Shown here piece after piece: positions 8,773 through 13,690 of a stretch of DNA of 13,690 nt. The notes below the pieces were generated by a model. The model ran no database searches and was not told the origin of the DNA. It was given only the letters and a program-made list of their open reading frames with translations. Position 1 is the stretch's first letter, and the number at the start of each line of letters is the position of its first letter. Both the position numbers and the translations under genes were made by a program. The DNA lies in assembly GCA_019058015.1 (NCBI GenBank), contig JAHLWH010000071.1:1-13690 (forward strand), given 5' to 3'. Source of the DNA: Promethearchaeota archaeon. GTDB lineage: Archaea > Asgardarchaeota > Lokiarchaeia > Sigyniarchaeales > SOKP01.

Positions 8773-9406
8773 GGGGGATAATAGTAGTTTTGCATTAGCA
8801 ATCTTCAGAATTAACTGAATCCTCTTTTTTATATAGATTTTAAATGACAATTGTGGAAATTTTGGAAGATTCTAATTCGTTTATCATTCTGGGATTTTTG
8901 GATATATCAGGATTATATATCTAAGATTTTTTTTCGAGTAGAATTTGTATTTTATTATTTCAGAGAAGTCAGTATTATGATTCTCTGCGTCAGAGTTTGG
9001 TAAACATTGCATATTATAATGATTGAAAACTAATTTTCACCGAATTTTACCATTATACAGTGAATCAAGAACTTATGCGGTTAATGTCTCTATATTTGAT
9101 TCTCTGCAGCCGATTTTTATTTTAAAGAGAGGTTTTTTGATGGCTTTAGGTTTATTTGAAAGGAAACTAATTTTCTAATGACTTATCTTATTGCCTATGA
9201 ATCAGTTACTTATATCAGAGAAGAATTAATTTGGTTCTCTATATTAAAGTTTGTTTAAGAAAGACTTTTTATTGATAGAATTTTTGATTTAATTGAATAA
9301 AAGTCTAGTTTTTGGATTAATTTTTGACGAATTTAAAATAATAATTATCTAAGGTTCCCGAAATTTTGTTTGGATATCTAACCAATGCAAACGGATACTA
9401 TTATCC
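8773..9406 (-). ncRNA. Candidate ~634-nt structured non-coding RNA, family unrecognised
   Basis: No ORF of 60 aa or more in the track. Perfect 11-bp end pairing (8776-8786 with 9396-9406) plus an 8-bp helix (8789-8796 with 9384-9391) that extends to 11 bp with G-U pairs on the minus strand. At least six internal hairpins. TATA centred ~26 nt upstream of G9406 and T9 directly downstream. Strand assignment rests mainly on promoter and terminator geometry; some internal wobble pairs favour plus. Confidence 0.68.
9020..9241. repeat. Degenerate ~137-nt direct duplication within the candidate ncRNA
   Basis: gaaaactaattttc 9025 / ggaaactaattttc 9162, tgaatca 9061 / 9198 and acttat 9071 / 9208 are all offset by 137. 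tgattctct 9097 / tggttctct 9232 is offset by 135. Hand count gives 35/57 identities for 9020-9076 versus 9157-9213. Confidence 0.7.
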
Positions 9407-9425
9407 AAATAATATAAGAAAATTC

Positions 9426-9439
9426 ATATTTATAAATAT
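9426..9439. promoter_or_regulatory. Palindromic TATA box (ATATTTATAAATAT), probable bidirectional promoter
   Basis: TTTATAAA at 9429-9436 reads the same on both strands. Its centre is ~26 nt from minus-strand G9406 (ncRNA 5' end) and ~26 nt from plus-strand G9459, just ahead of ATG 9481. Confidence 0.6.
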
Positions 9440-9480
9440 TTAGTAAATATTTTAATAAGGTCTTATTATATTAAATCCAT

Positions 9481-9882
9481 ATGAGTGAAAGTTCTGATAA
9501 AATACCAATTAACATAAATATTTTTAACTGTGGAACAATTAAGGCAACTTTTTATAGACATTTAAGTCCTTTTTCAGTTATGGAAATTTTAGAAAAATTA
9601 CCGCTTACTATTAGGGGGAGATTTAATTTTATAGGTCCGAAGACTCATTGGATGCTTTCCCAAATAGGTATATCAGTCGGTCCTGATTCGAAGGCAACGC
9701 TAACGGTTGAGAAGGGAGATATTGTTTATTGCCCCCAGACTGACAGTGTTTATATCTTTATAGAGAATGATAAACTTCCAACAAAAATGAATAAAATTGG
9801 GAAAATTAATAATATAGAGGAGTTAAATTTATTTTCTAATGCAAAGAATGGAACTAATACCGAATTAAAATTAAGTAATTAA
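9481..9882 (+). CDS. Cyclophilin-like fold protein (TM1367/DUF369-like)
   Basis: 133 aa. RHLSPFSV.EILEKLPL, VEKGDIVYCPQTDSVYIF and MNKIGKI match the archaeal cyclophilin-like pattern. Confidence 0.8.
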   Translation: MSESSDKIPININIFNCGTIKATFYRHLSPFSVMEILEKLPLTIRGRFNFIGPKTHWMLSQIGISVGPDSKATLTVEKGDIVYCPQTDSVYIFIENDKLPTKMNKIGKINNIEELNLFSNAKNGTNTELKLSN

Positions 9883-9890
9883 ATGTTAAT

Positions 9891-10697
9891 TTATTTTTCT
9901 TTCTTTTGCCGATCTTCCAAATATCGACTCCAATCGAACCCAAATATAAACATCATAATTGTTAAAGTCAAAATTAACATAATACCTTCGATTATCACAT
10001 CTTGAATTGGAGTTAATTCTGCACCAATCCCTAAAAGTCCTAGTCTCACCAATACTGGCCAAGTGCAATAGAATAAAGTCGTAAAAGTCTTCCCAATCCA
10101 TCCTGGAATAAGAGCTTTATACCATTTATATTTTAGTAGACCAAGAGGGATAAAGAGTAAATCATCTGGAGCAGGAGTAAGAGCAAATAGGAAGATATAT
10201 AGGGGAGTGCGTTTCTCATTTTCTAAGACCAATTTTCCAAACCCACTTAAATTCTTCATGCTTTTGGAACTTGAAGCATCTATTAATTTCCCAGCCCCAT
10301 ATCCAGCGATATAGCCAGCTAACTCTCCAACAGCACAACCTAATCCCCCAAATACGACAAAACCCATAATTTCCATCCAAAAATTACTATTAGCTAATAT
10401 TTCTTCGAATAATAAGCCCTGATTTCCGTATTTCATTAATAATGAATTTGATAATGTAAATAAAATGAATGGAAAAGGAATTGGGAAGCCGATACTTGCA
10501 GATCCTATTAAGCAAACTAAAAAAGCAATAAATACTCCCCAGAAAAAATTAGTATCTTCTGTTAGAATCACAAAAGAAGAGCGCACTGATATTACAAAGT
10601 CTTGGAATTCAGGAAAAACAAAAAAACACAAAAGATAAGCAGAAACTATAACGTAAAAAAATATAAAAACATATAATAATCGCTTGGATAGGGTCAT
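9891..10697 (-). CDS. DedA/VTT (SNARE-associated) family membrane protein
   Basis: Multiple hydrophobic helices, GGLGCAVGELAGYIAGYG and FLFALTPAPDDLLFIPLGLLKY...LIPGWIGK. Confidence 0.82.
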   Translation of the reverse strand: MTLSKRLLYVFIFFYVIVSAYLLCFFVFPEFQDFVISVRSSFVILTEDTNFFWGVFIAFLVCLIGSASIGFPIPFPFILFTLSNSLLMKYGNQGLLFEEILANSNFWMEIMGFVVFGGLGCAVGELAGYIAGYGAGKLIDASSSKSMKNLSGFGKLVLENEKRTPLYIFLFALTPAPDDLLFIPLGLLKYKWYKALIPGWIGKTFTTLFYCTWPVLVRLGLLGIGAELTPIQDVIIEGIMLILTLTIMMFIFGFDWSRYLEDRQKKEK

Positions 10698-10792
10698 GAT
10701 TAATTAAAATTATTTTGAGTTATTAATCTTATTTAGTAATGATTCAAGCTCAAATTCTCAAACACAATGCTGATTGAAAAAATTCTAATGAT

Positions 10793-11131
10793 CTAAAATT
10801 TTGTAGATAATTCGATTTCAATTCTAGAGATTAGTTCTTTATTGTGATTTTTGCTATTTCTTTTATAATTTTGACCTCTGATTCGAGAATCTTGGTTTCT
10901 CCCATAATTCCCATAATTATTCCTACGGGAACTGATAACTATATTGCTAATATCGACTCCTGGATACATTCTATTTTTTAGATCAACAGCGGTTTCGACA
11001 GCGGTTGCGATCTCGTCTCCTTCTCCTTTAATCAGAATAGTTTTTGTTCCGGAAGTAAATGCAAATATGCCATCTGTCGTGTATTTGCCTTTGTCCCGTC
11101 GTGTTCTTACGGTGATAACCTTGGGATTCAT
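10793..11131 (-). CDS. Divergent Alba-family nucleic-acid-binding protein
   Basis: ILIKGEGDEIATAVETAVDLKNRMYPGVDISNIVISS...ISRIEIEL aligns by eye to the Alba consensus (KARGRAISKAVDVAE...I.IG...VS.IEI.L), with a long R/N/G/Y-rich insert in the beta-hairpin. Confidence 0.8.
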   Translation of the reverse strand: MNPKVITVRTRRDKGKYTTDGIFAFTSGTKTILIKGEGDEIATAVETAVDLKNRMYPGVDISNIVISSRRNNYGNYGRNQDSRIRGQNYKRNSKNHNKELISRIEIELSTKF

Positions 11132-11270
11132 ATTTTAAAAAAAGATATTTAAAACTTAATAATTAAAATTTTACAATACTAAATAAAAAGCTTGTTATAT
11201 TTGCGTTATTTTTGAATTTTACAAGTACAAGTAATTTTAAAATAAGGCATAATTTTTTTTTTCAGATAAT

Positions 11271-12422
11271 TTATTTTATTTTAAATTTTAATTTTTCTTC
11301 AATAATCTCAAGTTCTTTCGTATAGGAATTAAGCCTCTCTTCCAAATATTCAACGATTTTTCTTTCGGCGGTATCCAAATAGTCATAATAAGGACGAATG
11401 ACGTCCAATTTTTTATTAAATCTAGCTTTAATCTTCCCTAACCATTCTTTTGGCTTCAGTAATTTCTTCTCTAATTCCCCTTGAATTTTTTTCTTTGCCC
11501 CCTCAAATTTCTTTTTAGATTCAGATTTAGTAAATGTTTTATCTTTTAGGATTTTTTTCAATTTTTGTTTTGATTTTCCTATTTCTTTCTCTAACTTTTC
11601 TCTATAATGCGGAACACGATATTTTCGTTCTAGGAATTTTGGATTCCATTCATACAGATAATGATCTGCCTCCTCTTCAGCTAGCTCTTCTGAGGTTGTA
11701 ATTTTTTTATCTCTTTTCTGAACTAAAATTAATCCAAAATTTCTTTGTAGTTGAGCCATTAACTTTTTTCGTAATATATTATGAATATAATGCAATAATT
11801 CCTTAATTTCTTTAAATTTTGGAAGAACTTCTTTAATTTCATTGTTAACCTTTTTTATCGCTTGATCAACAGGAACATCAAATTTTAATTCTGCAAATGC
11901 ATATTTTGAATAAACACCACGAGATGGATCAACAAGTCGTAAACCTTTAATTCCAGAAACATTAATAGTCTTCTCTGTATGATCATATATAAGTCCTATG
12001 GCATATGGATTTGGACCTTGATATCCTAGTTGCGTTGCAGTATCAACCCTGGAGAAAAACCAGCCAAAACCTGGATGCGTATGCCACCATCCTATAATGA
12101 AATCATCATTTTGTTCATTAAGGAATTTTTCATAAAGAGATTCATCGATCTGAGCCATATCTGCATATTGTTTTGTTTCAAATTTAACACCAGCACGACT
12201 ACCAACAATCATAGGAATTGCATCTGTAATATAACAGATATCATCATTCTCAATATGTCCAATCAGAATTCCATATGCTTCTCTCCAATTTTTTGGCTTC
12301 ATATCATTATTTGCATATCTCAAGGCGTAGACTACAATTCGCCTATATGCTTTCATTGAGATAATGCAAGGAGATTCTGGATCAACATTTTTTGATGAAA
12401 AATTAATAGATTTTCTTGCCAT
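11271..12422 (-). CDS. MPN+/JAMM metalloprotease (Rpn11/CSN5-like) with a long charged helical C-terminus
   Basis: E48 in REAYGILIG and GWWHTHPGFGWFFSRVD.ATQ give a complete E-HxH-x7-S-x2-D JAMM motif. The C-terminal ~200 aa are K/E-rich. Confidence 0.9.
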   Translation of the reverse strand: MARKSINFSSKNVDPESPCIISMKAYRRIVVYALRYANNDMKPKNWREAYGILIGHIENDDICYITDAIPMIVGSRAGVKFETKQYADMAQIDESLYEKFLNEQNDDFIIGWWHTHPGFGWFFSRVDTATQLGYQGPNPYAIGLIYDHTEKTINVSGIKGLRLVDPSRGVYSKYAFAELKFDVPVDQAIKKVNNEIKEVLPKFKEIKELLHYIHNILRKKLMAQLQRNFGLILVQKRDKKITTSEELAEEEADHYLYEWNPKFLERKYRVPHYREKLEKEIGKSKQKLKKILKDKTFTKSESKKKFEGAKKKIQGELEKKLLKPKEWLGKIKARFNKKLDVIRPYYDYLDTAERKIVEYLEERLNSYTKELEIIEEKLKFKIK

Positions 12423-12560
12423 AATTTAGAATATCAAATTTTATGAGAGTAGACAATTCATGAATTTTTTGTATAGTATAATAAATCAAAAAAAATTATT
12501 AAAAACCTTCTTTATTAAATTACTTATTATTATAAAAAACGATAATTTCTCTCTTCAATC

Positions 12561-13139
12561 ATGACGCAACCTATTATGAAGAATAAAATTGTTATTGGTT
12601 TTGTTGGATTAGCTGGAGCCGGTAAATCATCTGCTCTTGAAGGGATAAAATCCATAGGAACAATAATTACAATGGGGGATGTCATAAGAAAAGAGGCAGA
12701 ACTGAGAAATATACCTCGTACTTCAGAAAATCTTGGAATGATTGCAAAAGAAATGAGAAAAAAATATGGGAATGATATTATCGCAAAAAAAAGCGTTGAG
12801 CTCATAAAAGAACACCCATCTGATACAATTTTCATAGATGGATTACGTTCAATGAATGAAGTAAATATTTTTCGCGAATTTTGGAAATTCCCAATAATTT
12901 CTATTATTATCGATGAAGAGATTAGGATTAAACGCCTATTAGAAAGGGGAAGAGAAGATGATTCAATAAAAATTGATGATATTAAAGAACGCGATGAAAG
13001 AGAAACTAAATTTGGCTTGAAAGAAGTTATAGAGAATTCAGATTATAAAATTAACAACAATTCAACAATTACAGATTTACAAGAAAAAACACGAAAAATT
13101 ATTGAAAAAATAATTATAGAATCATCTAATTTATTCTAA
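12561..13139 (+). CDS. P-loop kinase, UPF0200 / dephospho-CoA-kinase-like archaeal family
   Basis: Walker A GLAGAGKS, MGDVIRKEA, IDGLRS..EV, RL.ERGREDD and RDERE..FG. The start is possibly at the second Met (MKNK). Confidence 0.85.
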   Translation: MTQPIMKNKIVIGFVGLAGAGKSSALEGIKSIGTIITMGDVIRKEAELRNIPRTSENLGMIAKEMRKKYGNDIIAKKSVELIKEHPSDTIFIDGLRSMNEVNIFREFWKFPIISIIIDEEIRIKRLLERGREDDSIKIDDIKERDERETKFGLKEVIENSDYKINNNSTITDLQEKTRKIIEKIIIESSNLF

Positions 13140-13690
13140 TTGTTTTGCAATAAGTTTAGCAAGACTTACTTTACTCACAGGAGTATCAATAGAATCAGTT
13201 CCAATGATTTCATCGGCTCCTGCATTTAATATGCGGTAGGCTGCATTTTCTAATAATAAAGCATGGGTTCCCACTGCTAATATTTTATTTGCACCACATT
13301 TTTTAGAAATTTTAATTGCATTAGCCATAGTACCTCCTGTCGCTATTATGTCATCTGAAATAATTACATCATGTCCTGATAAATCTATATCAGCATACAT
13401 TTCAATTTCTCCAGTTCTCACATCTCGTTCTTTTGAGAATAACTTTACAGGAATATTTTCTCCTAAATGTGCTGCAAATTGTTCTGAACGGGCTACAGCA
13501 CCCTTATCTGGAGCAATAATAATTGTATTATTCAAATTTAATACTTTCACGTAATTGGCAATTTCGGTCATTGGATCAAGATTTTTGGCGGGAATCGAGA
13601 AATCATTTAATATATCAGGTGCATGAACATCTACAGTATAAAATTTATCAATACCTAATGAGTCAATCATTTTCACGATTACGCTAGCAA
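13131..13690 (-). CDS. prs: Ribose-phosphate pyrophosphokinase, 5' part outside the window
   Basis: TVDVH, IIAPDKGAVAR, PRPP-binding DDIIATGGTM, THALL and GTDSI. The frame stays open upstream of 13676 (...ASVIVKMI) to the window edge. Confidence 0.96.
   Translation of the reverse strand, partial: ASVIVKMIDSLGIDKFYTVDVHAPDILNDFSIPAKNLDPMTEIANYVKVLNLNNTIIIAPDKGAVARSEQFAAHLGENIPVKLFSKERDVRTGEIEMYADIDLSGHDVIISDDIIATGGTMANAIKISKKCGANKILAVGTHALLLENAAYRILNAGADEIIGTDSIDTPVSKVSLAKLIAKQLE

Noticed and set aside
8750-8818. Selenocysteine read-through of the nucleotidyltransferase TGA with a downstream SECIS
   Set aside because: The protein already ends after the normal EVDT.EDL motif. Read-through adds only ~21 unremarkable residues, and nearby AUGA...GA segments do not form a proper SECIS helix.
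8960-9241. CRISPR array or replication-origin (ORB) repeats
   Set aside because: The repeats are only 9-14 nt, degenerate and 119-137 nt apart. There is no ORB-like GTTCCAGTGGAAAC/G-string consensus and no cas or cdc6/orc1 gene in the window.
8776-9406. MITE or IS remnant interpretation of the terminal inverted repeats
   Set aside because: Flanks (AAAAAAAAAGGG and AAATAAT) show no target-site duplication and there is no transposase remnant. The arms are interrupted by an asymmetric loop and extended by G-U pairs, and promoter/terminator geometry fits a transcript. Not fully excluded without a genome-wide copy search.
8773-9406. Assignment as RNase P RNA, SRP RNA, tmRNA, rRNA or tRNA
   Set aside because: No convincing GAGGAAAGUCC / ACAGAA..GCUUA pair, no SRP helix-8 motif and no T-arm/CCA end. 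Plus-strand GUGGAAAUUUUGG (8853-8865) and minus-strand GGGAACCUUAGA only loosely resemble CR-I, and no CR-V context is present. A very divergent P/MRP-type RNA needs a covariance-model search to exclude.
13131-13139. 9-bp overlap of the convergent kinase and prs 3' ends
   Set aside because: Ordinary in compact archaeal genomes.
2193-13554. Remaining short overlapping ORFs (2193-2375, 2433-2768, 3166-3360, 4847-5113, 7031-7219, 7170-7388, 9886-10101, 10944-11138, 12030-12359, 12530-12835, 13348-13554)
   Set aside because: Each lies antisense to, or out of frame within, a well-supported gene and has no family signature.

Overview
AT-rich archaeal chromosomal window, most likely Asgard/Lokiarchaeia-like. 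This is an inference from standalone eL40, eL38, archaeal-type AspRS, MetAP and Pth2, a group II chaperonin, an Rpn11-like JAMM protein and a divergent Alba. Most of it is housekeeping: thermosome (3'-truncated) and rpl40e (both missing from the ORF track), rpl38e, NusA-like protein, pth2, truD, a membrane protein, aspS, map, a nucleotidyltransferase, a cyclophilin-like protein, a DedA/VTT protein, an Alba-like protein, an MPN+ protein, a P-loop kinase and prs (5'-truncated). The standout is the 728-bp gap at 8753-9480 with no predicted ORF. It holds a ~634-nt unit (8773-9406) whose ends pair in two long helices. A TATA box sits ~26 nt upstream on the minus strand and a T9 tract lies immediately downstream. 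Inside are many hairpins and a degenerate ~137-nt duplication. I read it as a candidate large structured non-coding RNA that I cannot assign to a known family. A second hidden item is a C-terminal zinc ribbon in the -1 frame of the membrane-protein gene (frameshift).
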